NCBI GenBank assembly: GCA_000320545.1 | Contig: ADNK01000855.1 | Coordinates: 1-64,000 of the forward strand | DNA length: 64,000 nt | Origin: Bigelowiella natans CCMP2755 | Taxonomy: Eukaryota > Protista > Cercozoa | Reading direction: 5' to 3' | In this document: in pieces, positions 1-12,908 of the stretch | Position numbering within the stretch: position 1 is the first letter of the stretch | Layout: each line of letters begins with the position of its first letter | The notes under the pieces: model-generated | Told to the model about the DNA's origin: nothing | Databases searched by the model: none | What the model saw: only the letters and a program-made list of their open reading frames with translations | Made by a program: the position numbers and the translations under genes

Positions 1-693
1 CCCCCCCCCCCCCCCCCCCCCCCCCCCTCTCTCTCTCTCTCTCTCCCCCTGTGTATGGATGTGTGCGTGTGTGCGTGCTTTTGTGCGTATGTCTGTGAGC
101 ATGTGTGTGTGTGTATGTGTGTGTGTGTGTGTGTGCTGCATGGGCATTTTTATACAAGATGCATTACTTTTACCATAGATAGTTATAAAAGGACTATGTG
201 CTTCGCCTACACATATTTACATATATATATATATATATATATCTTTTTTTTTATTTATATATATATATATATATATATAATATGCATGTACATATATACT
301 TTTATAATATTCACGTTTGTTGTATGCTACTAAGCTGGCTTTGCTACATTCTATCGTTCACATTGCGTTTTACCACCTGTCCAGGTGATGGCCGTTCCTC
401 AGGCGATGTCGTACGCGCTGGTAGCCGGGATGCCGGGGGCCATCTATGGGTAAATTTCCTTTATTTTTCCCATCAGAATAAGAGACTTCAGCAATGCTAT
501 CACCTCTACCATCTTAATCTGGCTGTTCAGAGACCGCACTCACATTTTACCTGAACACCATTGTTGATAGGCTTTACAATGCGCTGATGGGACTCATTCC
601 GTACCCGTTTTTCGGCAGCTCCCCTCACCTAATTACTGGTTAGACGTAGTTCAAACTTCCAACACTAGCCCCCATTTTGGACACGTATACATT

Positions 694-742
<49 letters not shown>

Positions 743-1308
743 AGAGGGAGGGAGAGAGAGAGGGAGAGAGATGCCACATTGTATATGTTTACAATATTAC
801 ATAAATCCACAGGCCCCACAGCCGTCATGTCAATCCTTGTTAAGGTAAGTTGTGACAACCAGACACAAACAACGCAACTCACCCTTTTTAAGTGCCACCA
901 AAAACCAACGAAGTGTTTGGGGGGGGGGGGGGGAGGGAGGCGGACAGGGATAGGATGATGGTCACATCATTGAAAGGCTGCACCCACATCAACAGTCATC
1001 CATACCGACACACTTGGGCGCTCTCGGTGATGTTCCTCCTGCCTCAAGTGTACGTGAAACCCATCGCCTAACACAGCAGCCACATGCAACATGGCAATCC
1101 CCTCATCCGTCCTCCCAGTTTCGAATAAATAACTAGTGGTCGTTCTATGCCTCTCCCCTTTTGCCGTTGTGGGGAGATTCACGCTTCCCTCTTTCACCCC
1201 AATGCGAGTGATGCGAACGTTTGCGGTGTATGGTGTACACTAGGAATGGGTAACAGTGGCAGTGGCTCTGTCCTTCCTGGCCGGCCTACTTCAAGTCCGT
1301 ACGCATAA

Positions 1309-1352
<44 letters not shown>

Positions 1353-1457
1353 GACGCCGACGATCACGAGAAGACCCTTCCCATCTTTCCACACGCACGC
1401 ACGCAAGCGCAAATCGAAAGACACTGATATTTAATGTGATTTGTGTGTGTTGTGTGT

Positions 1458-1490
<33 letters not shown>

Positions 1491-1985
1491 TGTGTGTCCC
1501 TACCACCACCCAGGTTATGATGGGAATCTTCAAATTAGGGTAATATCATCCCTTATCCATGCATAAATTAGGACGATGGTAGGAGTTGTAGTAGTAGTAG
1601 TGGGAGGGGGGGGGGGGGTAGGGGAGGGATAGCAAAGTCCATGCTGCTTTGCTTGTCCGACGGATGTGCATGAAGCCTGGCCGAATAAAGCAAGTGCTCA
1701 GAGTACATTACAGCACGGAGAATAATAAACGCTTATGCTGACCCCAGATTGGCTGATCTCACATGTGCGTATGCGTGTACATGTGCTATTATTGAAGGTT
1801 TTTGGCCGAACTAGTCTCGGAGCCCGTCATCATTGGTTTCACGTCAGGTGCTGCTGCCGACTGTCAGTCGTGATGAATCATCGTCAGATTCTTTCCTTTG
1901 CTGTATCACACGTCGCACCAAGAATGATACGTGCCCAGCCATAAACCTTCAGAATCGAAAAAAATATTTATACACGCACACACAC

Positions 1986-2050
<65 letters not shown>

Positions 2051-2230
2051 CGTGCGTTTGCGTATCTGGAAATTCTAGGCTCAGCCTTTCTCATCGCAGC
2101 GACACAGGTGGTGGTTGTTCCGTAATGTATTTGTGTGTGAGAGAGAGAGGGGGGGGGAGGGAGGTGACGGTATCCCCTTCCCTTCTCCCACAAACGCCCT
2201 TGCACGCACGAACATAATACGAATGTAGAA

Positions 2231-2299
<69 letters not shown>

Positions 2300-3174
2300 T
2301 TGTTGACGTACTTCTCAAACGTCATGTGAATCATCATCATCGTGGCAGTTTACCAACTTCCTAGGCGTTCCCAAATGCAAATACAGGTAGAGTATCATAC
2401 TCGAGATCCTGAGCGATGATGATGATGATGACGATGACGATGACGATGACGATGATGGTCATGATGTATAGCGCATGATTTTAGATACTAGCGAGGACAG
2501 ATCAAGGTTAATGCAGGGGAAGTATTATATCAGCGAGTTCGCACTCCTTGTAAAATTTCTTCTTAATTCCTGTTTTTCTTATTCTTCTTCCAACACCCCT
2601 CCTCCTCCTCCTCCTCCTCCTCCTCCTCCTTCTCCCCCCCCTTTTTACTATAACTTTCTCCAGTCCGTGTCATTTCCAGGAATCCGTCATCAACGTCTTT
2701 CAGCATACAGGTGGTCGTTGTAGTAGTGCGGCAGGCTCCCTTCCGACGTTATAAGGGGGGGATGATGACTTCCCCCCAAAAAAATGGGGGGGGGGGGGGG
2801 GGAAGATTCTATAGCTTCGAGGCTGCACTTGAGTGGCGTTTGCACAGCAGCAGGACAAACGTTCCTTTTCAGTTCTAGTTAGAACTCAGTGCTATTGAGA
2901 TGAGATCGTGGTGAAATCAATCCTCCTCCTTTACTTTGTTCTCGCCGACAACAACAACGACAACAACAATAACAACAACACAACAACGCATCTAGCTGCC
3001 TTCCACGGCCCGACGATATTGATGGGCTCCGTCTCTCTCGCTTTCCTTCTCGTCATGAAGTTTCCGGCCAAGGTAAGAGGAAAATGGACAAGATTCTGAC
3101 GATGGCGAAGGAGAAGAAGAAGAAGAAAGAAGAAACATACGACAACGACGGAATAAGGAACGCGCGCGCGCGCG

Positions 3175-3205
<31 letters not shown>

Positions 3206-3351
3206 GTGCAAAGAGGAGAGAAGCAATGAGGCAGCTAGTCGTATGTAATCTCATGATACCCTTCGTTCAGAGATATTTCAAGAACAGCCCGCATCTACGG
3301 CTACTACCCAGCTTTGCTCCTTTAGTAAGTGTAGGAGGGAAGGGGAAAGAG

Positions 3352-3396
<45 letters not shown>

Positions 3397-3597
3397 TGAA
3401 GATGAAGAGCTAGTTGGAATAACGATGTAGAAGAAGGAGAAGCAAGAAGAGGAGTGTGGTTTTCACAGCACGTGCTGTTGTCTGTGTTGCTCCCCCTCCT
3501 GCTGCTGCGCGAAAAAGGTGCTTCTGATATCTTCGATCGCATTCCTCCACTACGCCAACCCCTCTGGCTCCTGGGGCATAAAGGTGAGATTATAACA

Positions 3598-3628
<31 letters not shown>

Positions 3629-3999
3629 CAACAACAACTAGCAAAAGCCGCCAGCAACAAAGATGCAGAAGAGAAGAACAAGAAGGAGGGCGGAGAATAT
3701 CCAAAACATAGCGTTGTTTCTGGCTGGATGCGTACGCGCACACACGCGCACACACGCGGACACCAAAAATTCACGCCTTCCTCCTCAACGTCACTGACCT
3801 TTTCAGGTGGTAGGCGAGATCTGCAGCTCGTCCCTCGGCCTGCATTGCCTGCCATCGCCAAAGAACCCCCTCGGAAACTGGTCCTCACGCCTGCTCATTC
3901 GTAGAGAGAGGGGGGGGGGAGGGATCTGTGGAAAGGGAAAAATGTCAACCCGAAATAGCAAGGGAAGGGCATCTTCCACCATACTATTTTGAGACATCA

Positions 4000-4057
<58 letters not shown>

Positions 4058-4434
4058 CCTGCGTGAGGAGCTGCCTCCCTCTCCTCGTTTACGTTTTGAA
4101 TGACCTGCTTTCTCCGCTATTGTCTCGCTCCTTTCCTCGTGCAACTACTAGTTTTTCCCCGTCACGTGCTGTGTGCTGTGTGCTGTGTGCTGTGTGCTGT
4201 GTGCTGTGTGCTGCATGTGTGGGGTCGGAAAAAAAGGTTCTTCCGTGACATCGTAAAGCTGATTCCAGCGGGCGTAGCCGTGTCGCTGATAGGGTAGTTG
4301 TTGTTGTTGTTGTTGTTGTTACTGTCGTGCGAAAGCAGACTAGAAACAGTAGTAGTAGTTGTTGTTGAGGGAAGGTATACAGACGCAGTAGCAATATGCA
4401 CAAGTCGCGGGAAGAAGCTCCGTCTTTGTCTCTA

Positions 4435-4479
<45 letters not shown>

Positions 4480-4656
4480 CTGTGGCGTGCAGAAGATAGA
4501 TGAATTACCACGTTGATGTCACAGGTACATGGAGTCCATGACAGTCGCCAAAACCTGCGAGCGACAGCAGAGGGAAAGCAGCGATAACAGCGGTGACGAT
4601 GATGGGGGGGGCGCGCACTCTGGCGGGTACAAATATGTTATTATCACACAATGTTG

Positions 4657-4704
<48 letters not shown>

Positions 4705-5863
4705 TATATATGATCGTCGTTGCTTTTCTTGTCCAGCTCGCGTCATCATCATAACCACAGTAATCGACGAAGTGTGAACAACCGAAGCGCGAAGGTGGTG
4801 CTGCTACAAGGAGGTGGTGATGACGGCGACGATGAGGAGGAGGGGGAGGAAGAGGCGGGGGAGCAGACCGTACAACGTCAACAACAGGGACATCTAGGAG
4901 ACAACAGCGGAATAGATGCAAAGGGTTCCCAGACTGGAGGAGGAGGGGGAGGGAGGCGGAGAGGAAGAGGAAGGTCATTAACGCAGCAGCGGCGGTCATT
5001 TTATCCTTAAACGAAGTGTGGTATTATCGATCATAGCCGACAAATTCAGTATATGAAAATGCTCATTTGCTGAGCGCCGGTGTAATTGTTGGGTGCTTTA
5101 GAGGGAGCTTCATGAGTATTGAGCCGAGCCAGGAGCTCGTGGCACTAGGTGGTGATTCGTCCTTGCCTTCGTTTCCCCACAAACACAAGAGTTTATTACT
5201 GACGACAACCCCCAAGCTCACCCCGAGAGAGGGCAGGGGGGGGGGGGGGGGGCACTCGTAGATAGAAGGATATCTCTCTGTGATCATAAGGAAGCATCTA
5301 TACACACACGACGCAGCACACATGTACGTGGAGAATAGAAGTATGACTTTGCACTAATGCGTTTGCTTTTCCTTTTCCTCCTCCTCCTCTTCTCCCCCCC
5401 TCGCCATCCCTCTCTCCCTCCTTCCTTCAGGCGTTTGCAATTTGTTCTGCAGCTTCTTCAGAGGGTGGGTTGTTGCTGACCAACGACAACGTCAAATGAC
5501 ACCAACACACGTCACAGCATTTTTGGGTGCTTGGCAATAGTTCCACTGTTGTTCTCAACGACGACGAGACGCCAATCATAAATGCGGCGAGCAGCAACAG
5601 CTGCGTTCTGTTGGCCGTGTACACGTGCGAACACGTGCTGCCAGTGCTGATGCTGATGCTGATGCTGGTGATCTTTCTCTCGTTGAGTGTCGTTGCTGTT
5701 GTCGGTCGTCGTTGTCGTTGTCGTCGTTAATGCTTTCGTCCGAAGATACCCCGTGACCGGTAGCTTCTCCAGGACAGCGGTAGGTGGTATATAGAATAGA
5801 CAATTCGTGCGGGCATCGATGTCGAATCGGAACTATACGCAGCAGTGAAAGCGCGCGCGCGCG

Positions 5864-5916
<53 letters not shown>

Positions 5917-6858
5917 CCAACTGTTACTGTAATACATGTGATCAGGTTAATGCTTCGGCTGGAGCCACTTCTCCGATGTCCTCACTTGTGGCCGGTCAGG
6001 ACATATGTCTGTCGTCACCCAGCAGTTTTAGAGGAGGGGGAGAGGGGGAGGGGGAGGGGGGGAACAGGACCTTTTCCAATTTCTATGGAGATGATATATG
6101 ATGTGGATTTAAATATCAACTAAGTAAATTTATTTCTGCAATCACACACACACACACACACACACACGCACCCATTACAACTCTCCTTATATCAATGTCG
6201 CCATGGACTTTGCTTGCTGATAGGTTCTATCGTCGCTACGGCACTGTTGTTGGGTACTATGATGCCTAATGGCTACGAAAGCAATGACCCTTGCTATTAT
6301 TGCACACACTCGAACAAGAAGAGGAGGAGGAGGAAGGAGAAGAAGAGGAAGAAGAAGAAGAAGACTTTCAATGCTATAAATGCTAGTGCACACTGATATC
6401 CTCAATGCCTTGATGATGATAGTAGCAGGCAGTCGCACGATTTACGAAGATGACTTACCATATTTCCCTCCATGCCCCCTCCCCTCTCCCCCCGCTTTTT
6501 TGAACGCCAATCTCTCTGATGATCATCGGTTAAACTACCAGCTACTTCTATTCTCAAATTCACGCCCAAGGTGCTAGAATGTGTACATGTACATCGCGTA
6601 TTTCAATCGCAAAATAGAAGAGATGCAAACGCTGAACATCCAGATCTACCAGCGGAGACAGTCGTTACCATGGCTGCTCTCTTCTTGAGGGTTTGGGAGA
6701 TAAAGACCAGCATGTTTGAGCGTTATGGGCCATCCAAAAGTGCCTTGCGCGTATAGATTGTTGGGACAATTGTCGTCCATGTGTGCTGCTTATTTTTGCG
6801 TCTAGAAAGAATGGAATCCGGAATAATGAATATTTATATATATGTATATATAATTGTT

Positions 6859-6911
<53 letters not shown>

Positions 6912-7487
6912 TTGCGTGTGTGCGTGTGTGTGGTGCATATTCAATGAAACACGCAGGTAACCTTGGCCGCGATTGTCCTGTCCGCAGTGACGAATCTGAT
7001 CGAGCCGAAGGAGGTCATTGCTTCTCCTTTTAACAATATAAAACTTCGTTCAGAATCTGCCATGCGATGCGATGTTTGCCTCTTTCGCAGCACACACAAA
7101 CGTTCTATGCTGTCACCAATCTTGGTTTGTTCTTCTGCTGCTGTTTCATTGTCTTTCCCCCACAGGTATTCTTGCTCTGGAAAGTGAGTCGCACGGTATA
7201 CTGATGATGATTAGGATGATGATAACATTGATAAGAGACCAAGAGAGAAACCCTTTACCTCAATTTCGTTTTCGAGAAGTATCTCGCACACCCAGTAATG
7301 TATATATGTACCAATGTACATATTTACCGTCGCTGGGCGTCTGTTTGCATCATGTGAGAAGAGCACAACTAGTATTATTTTCCCAGGATTTTTGGGCATG
7401 TGCCATTGTTTTCTTGTGCACGCTGTTCCTCGGGGTCGAAGCCGCACTCGCGCTCGGTGAGTACTACCTCTAGTCTATTCCACCAGT

Positions 7488-7536
<49 letters not shown>

Positions 7537-7949
7537 ATCTCTATCTCTCCACGTGTACGTTTGCATGCTTTCTACTTCTGGAATGATTTGCTGTCATTAT
7601 GTGGGGTCGCGCTTTTGTCATCAGCGTCATCATCATTATCTTCTCACAGTTGTATTGCTGTTGCTGCTGTTTTTGCTGTTGTTGGTGGTGATCGTGCGTA
7701 TGACCCTGTCCATCGACGCACTCTCCTCCCTCTCACATCTGCCGATAACAACATGAAAAACAATACTTATAATAATGACAGGGATTGTGTGCAATTGGGC
7801 CATCTCGCTCTCCAAGGTGGGGCATTCACTTGTACCCCATGATGATGATGATGATGAGGAGGAGGAGGAGGAGGAGGAGGAGAGGCAGATGATGAGACAT
7901 GCCAATATACACACGCACCAACAACACCACCACCACCGCCGCCACCTCC

Positions 7950-7981
<32 letters not shown>

Positions 7982-8310
7982 TTCGTTTCATTTCAAGGCG
8001 AATAGCACAACCGTGGCGATAATTGGCCGCCGCACTTGTGCGGACAAGATGACCTCCTCCAGGATTAGGCTGACGCAGCACAATAAGGATCACGCCGAGT
8101 CCAATGCCACAGCCTACAGCACTACTACTCCAAGCAGTCAACAAAATCATCATCACGGAGAAGCCAACGCTACGACACCTGGTATGTACTTACATGTATA
8201 TGTATAGATAGGGGGGGGGGGATGGAGGCGGGAACGCCTAGCTGCAAACGACGGTTATGTTTTGCTGGCATCGTAAGCTCCACCGATCTCTTTCTGTCTG
8301 AATGAGTATG

Positions 8311-8351
<41 letters not shown>

Positions 8352-8495
8352 GGAGCGTTAGTAGTTTGGTGGACCTTGGCAATGGATCTTTCACGGTAAT
8401 GTAGTCGTACCCTGCCATGCACTGATACTCCATGCGTGCGTGTATGCACACCAGCACGTCTGCATTTAAAGGTGAATCATTTGTCGATAACTTTC

Positions 8496-8537
<42 letters not shown>

Positions 8538-8707
8538 CTTTCCAGGGGGAGAGTTACGACCGAACAGTCCTCATGCGCCTCTACTCCGATCTCTCATTTT
8601 CAAGGTGTGGCTCGTTGCATGTTGTCCTTGTCCCAAGCGGGTAGAAGCAGCAGTGCCAGAGAAACCGGGGGGGGGGGGGGGAATTAAGGGATATAAACCC
8701 AGTGTGG

Positions 8708-8741
<34 letters not shown>

Positions 8742-9431
8742 GTTGCTGCTGCTGTTGTTATTGTTTCTGTTGTGTGGTGTTTAATCAGCGCTCCACGGTT
8801 CGCTAGGCAAGTTACAAATATTGCTGAGCAGTTACGTTACTGATTCTATGCCCTGTTGGCCGCATGCATTTCATACACCACCCGAAAGAAACGAGAAGGG
8901 CGAGGGGAAAGAGGAGGAGGAGGGGATGGAAGATTGGGAGAATTCCTCTGCATAAGCGTACCACGTCTTAATATGTGCAAATTATGTGTACACACACACA
9001 CACACACACATACGTGTGTGCGTGTGTTTATCATTAAATATTTTTCCTCCTCTCCTCTCCTCTCCTCTCCTCTCCTCTCCTCACTATTACTCAGGATGCA
9101 GCCCAATACGATTATAGTCGACTGCACCAAGTATGATCATACAAGCGCTTACCCCGAAGATAGAAGAGCAGCATGCTAGCCGCCAACGCACAAACGCAGC
9201 AGATGCACGTATTTGCTGGTTTTTCTTGCCATCTTTGCCATCGCTGCATCACTACCATTCATAATCTTCTTCGATTTGCGATTATAAATTGTTGGTAGCG
9301 TCAACAACATCGACGTCACCGGAGTTCGCACACTAATGGTACTCTCGCTAAACCTCAAGGTCACGAATTTCTACTACAGCTGACCGTGCTTACTAACACA
9401 CACGCGCACACACATGCAAACATGCAAACAT

Positions 9432-9468
<37 letters not shown>

Positions 9469-10042
9469 CAAACATGCACACATGCACGTACGTGTGCACA
9501 TGCAGTCTACGACAGAAGCCAGCAGAGTGATGCAGCATGAAACATCTGGTTTTCCCTGCCCTTGCTGCCATGCACACTTTCCGACGTGCGAGTCACCGAA
9601 TAATTCACAAATGACCACGAAGGCCTCGGGGAGCTTACTGTGCCTCGCGAGTATGCCTGCTGCCAGCTTAAAGGTGATATATTTCAACAATAAGAAGAAG
9701 AAGAAAATAAGGGGGGGCGGGGAAAGAACAATGGAGCGGGGAGTGAGCAGCAGGTGTAGCGATAGTTCCCTCTATGTTGGCGTGTATTGCATAACATTCC
9801 TTTGGCGCAATAATCTTCTCACCTTCCCTCCATTCTCTCCCTCCCTAAGGTGTTGAGACGAGCGCACAAACACCTTCCTGAGGTTAGTTCTGTCATCAGT
9901 AATCTATCCGCGTATTTCGACGCACGCACACACAATTCACTAAATGTACGTAAAACATGCGGCTGCGATGCTACTGCTGCTGGCGGTGGACGACGCCCTA
10001 TCCTATTTTCAACAGCTACGAGAAGGCAAGGCAAGGTATGTA

Positions 10043-10076
<34 letters not shown>

Positions 10077-10100
10077 ACGCACGCGTGTGTAAAAGACAAA
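1..10100. repeat. Dense intronic microsatellites: (AT)n, (CA)n/(GT)n, (GA)n/(CT)n, (GAT)n, (CCT)n, (GCA)n, poly-G/C
   Basis: Directly visible in nearly every SulP intron. Similar clusters occur at 23470-26900, 28370-29660, 38230-40580 and 54920-61810. Confidence 0.95.
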
Positions 10101-11505
10101 AAGAGAGATAGGAGAGATGACAAAGGAAGGGTTTTTACCAGTGATGCCTCCGTACTCCCCGGTGCGCGGGCGTCTTCTCTTCTTTCTATAGCAACACAGA
10201 TGTCGTAGTGCTAATCGACCGATGCAGCACCAACCGCCATCCTTAGTACCCTCTGTGTCACTTACCCTCCCTACAAGGTGGATTTTTCGTGCCAACTGCG
10301 ATGTTGAAGAGGAGAACGAGGAGGACCACATCGATGATATCACCGATGATGCGCTAAAAAAATCTGAAGATGATTATAAGGAACTCAAGAGTAAGGACAG
10401 CAAGCAACCATACACTTTTCGAACCCCCCCCTCCCCCCCCCTACCGCCCGCTCTCCCCACCACAGACCTGTATAAAGTTATCTATGCACCGCACAGAGTG
10501 CACACAACATGCTACGCTGTAACATATATTTTCCGTCCGAAGGCGAGATGCATAATGAGCTGGACGACTCATCGATCGGGCTCTGTGTATTCAAGTAAGC
10601 ATATTGATAAGGGAAACATGCATCCATAAGTGATATTGTTTTCGGTAGAGGGCGTTTGTGTACTAGGGTGTCGTATCCGTCGTTTATCCAGTATATGCAC
10701 CATTCCTGCTGATTTCCCCCCACCTATATATGAGATGATATCGTCTATTCGTACTACAATGAAGGTCCATGGCATCCGCTGTCTCCGCTGCAAGGTCTCT
10801 TCATTAATAAGATCACGGATGATGGCGAGGATAACTACTAAAATACTGCTATGACAAACAGCAGTAAAAACGACGACGATTTCAAGTTTCCAGTCTTCCG
10901 TTTGACCTGTCTTTGCTATATGTGTGTGAATGTGTGAATGTAGAGCTCGGCGCATGGATATGCGCAGCTCCCGGTTATTGTCTCGACAGATTCTTCAGGA
11001 TGAGTTTCAGGTTGTCTCGGCCAATTCAGGAGCGGTAGCGACGGAACTAGCAACGGCGGCAGCAGCAGCCGGGTAGTTACATACAGACATATGCAAATTG
11101 GGCCGGGCGAGACATGAATAGAACGGTTTTCGATTAAGTTTCAAAATGCTTTGTACGCATAGACACTCAAAATCTGTGGCGGAAATGGGAATCAACATGA
11201 CATGAAATCGCACGCATGCCATGATCATCTCCACGTACAATTTATTCTGCAGAGATAATTCGGCGTTACGAAGGAGAAGAATTATGACTCCGGAAGGTGT
11301 CTTAGTTGTCGCGGCCCCCAAAAGCACGCTTTTCGAAAGCAGTAGCAGGAGCGGCGGCAGCAGATCAAAGAATTGGAAAACAGGATTGAGAGTCACACGT
11401 GGTGGGACAGAAGAAGACGATAAAGAGGTAGGAAATATAGATAATAGAGAGCTGAAACTTCATGTGAATGGCAAACGAGATGATGTAACGAGCCCAGTCC
11501 TTTAA
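385..11505 (+). CDS. SulP/SLC26 family sulfate/anion transporter with STAS domain (5'-partial, about 30 or more exons)
   Basis: Hand-spliced exons give the SulP motifs in order: VMAVPQAMSYALVAGMPGAIYG (385), LYNALMGLIPYPFFGSSPHLITG, PTAVMSILVK, FLAELVSEPVIIGFTSGSAFLIAATQ, YMESMTVAK, IEPSQELVALG, VCNLFCSFFRGYPVTGSFSRTAVNASAGATSPMSSLVA, VTLAAIVLSAV, DFWACAIVFLCTLFLGVE. STAS segments follow: VLMRLYSDLSFS, IIVDCT, VNNIDVTGVRTL. The last exon is inferred to end at TAA 11505. Confidence 0.93.
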
Positions 11506-11519
11506 TAATGACTTAAGTA

Positions 11520-12660
11520 TTACTGTATGTGAAAATGCAGACGTTTATTATGATAGCATGGAAGTTACCTATACGATCTAAAAGGTACGCGCTCGTGCTG
11601 CTATGCTTGCTAGCTTGCTTACTTGTACATACATATCTAGTACATATTTGATTGTTTGGCTGACCACCATACCTGATAATGATACCGCATTGTATCGCAC
11701 GCGCACGCTAGACGCGCGCGACTATGACGACGATGCGATGTGCAGCTAGCTAGCTAGACAGCTATGGACATGCTAGCATGCGATGATCGAAAGGCTTGCT
11801 GCTCTGCAAATGACGTCGGACGTGCTAGCGTGCGCTGCTACCGTGACAGCGCGCATCCATTTCATGCGTGCTAGCGTGTATCAGGTAGCAGCCATGCCAA
11901 GTAAAGCTAGAAAGTCTGATGCCGCACCGTAGGATGCGTATGCTAGTTGCCACAATGCGTTGCGATCTATAGATACTAAGCTAGCTAGCTAGCAAAAGCT
12001 AGAAAAGCACAATGATAATAGACACAGCAATACACTATATATGTCATAATGCAAATGCTAGAATGCCGACGAGGGCTAGCTAGCTAGCTAGCTAGCTAGC
12101 TAGAGGGTGCTAGCGCAGTGCGCAGCTCGGACTATGATCGAAGCGTACGTACTACATGTATGGTGTCCCGCATCGCATGGGCTAGCTAGCTAGCTAGCGA
12201 GTACTAGAGTAGTGGAGGCCATCTAGCCATGTGCAATTTAATTCAACTCGCACTACTAGACTAGCTAGCTAGGATCGAAAGCTTTCAATGTGTAGAGACT
12301 TTTTGAATGTGTGAATGCATGCTAGCGCATGTGCGCCTGTTGTGCACATGGCAACAATGATCATGATCGAGGAATGGTAATAATTATCAACAGTTTAGCG
12401 ACCGCTAGACCGCCTAGCTATCTAGCTATGCACGTGCGCTGTCTAGCTGTGTGCTAGCTGTGGTGTGACAGTCTCAGTGACAGGCGCTTGTCCTTGCACA
12501 TGTACACATGTCTACGTCTATTACGTACCGCAGTGACGGCTGTCCGTCAGGTGTAAGCGTGTACCTGCGCGCGAGGCGAACTACGTTACGATGCGGTATC
12601 TAGATATATATGCGCTACATTGCGTACGTCCAGACGTACAATAGCACTATCTGTTGATGC
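11520..12660. other. Intergenic palindrome-rich / RY-alternating tract with (GCTA)n, between convergent 3' ends
   Basis: Runs such as gctagctagctagctagctagctagctag (about 12075-12103) and dense GCTAGC, GCATGC, TGCA, GCGC and GTAC words; no ORF of 60 aa or more in any frame. Similar tracts lie at about 18660-19480, 27300-27850, 34320-34940, 35780-36560, 42240-42830, 50180-50760, 53200-53520 and 54050-54520. Confidence 0.75.
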
Positions 12661-12908
12661 AAGGCAAGAGGATTTTTTTAACAGGGATAAAGATGCTATA
12701 ATTTGAATTAAATATTTCTTTTTCAGTTGATCTAATGTATGCTAGACATATTTTTAGAGTGTAATTACTTACAATAAGATTTCTTTCTTTTTTGTTGTCT
12801 TGCCATCCTGATCGCATCTCCCCGAATTCCTAAAAACCAACCTTCGATTACACGATGATTTACATACATCTGCAATTTCTCAATGATGTCTAGTGTTCAT
12901 GGACTCTT

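Noticed and set aside
55-10208. Dozens of ORFs with YIYIYI, HTHTHT, CVCVCV, LSLSLS or ERERER runs, here and throughout the window
   Set aside because: They are translations of intronic dinucleotide microsatellites, not proteins.
12075-12103. (GCTA)n arrays as CRISPR or telomeric repeats
   Set aside because: No repeat-spacer periodicity, eukaryotic context, and no TTAGGG-type arrays.
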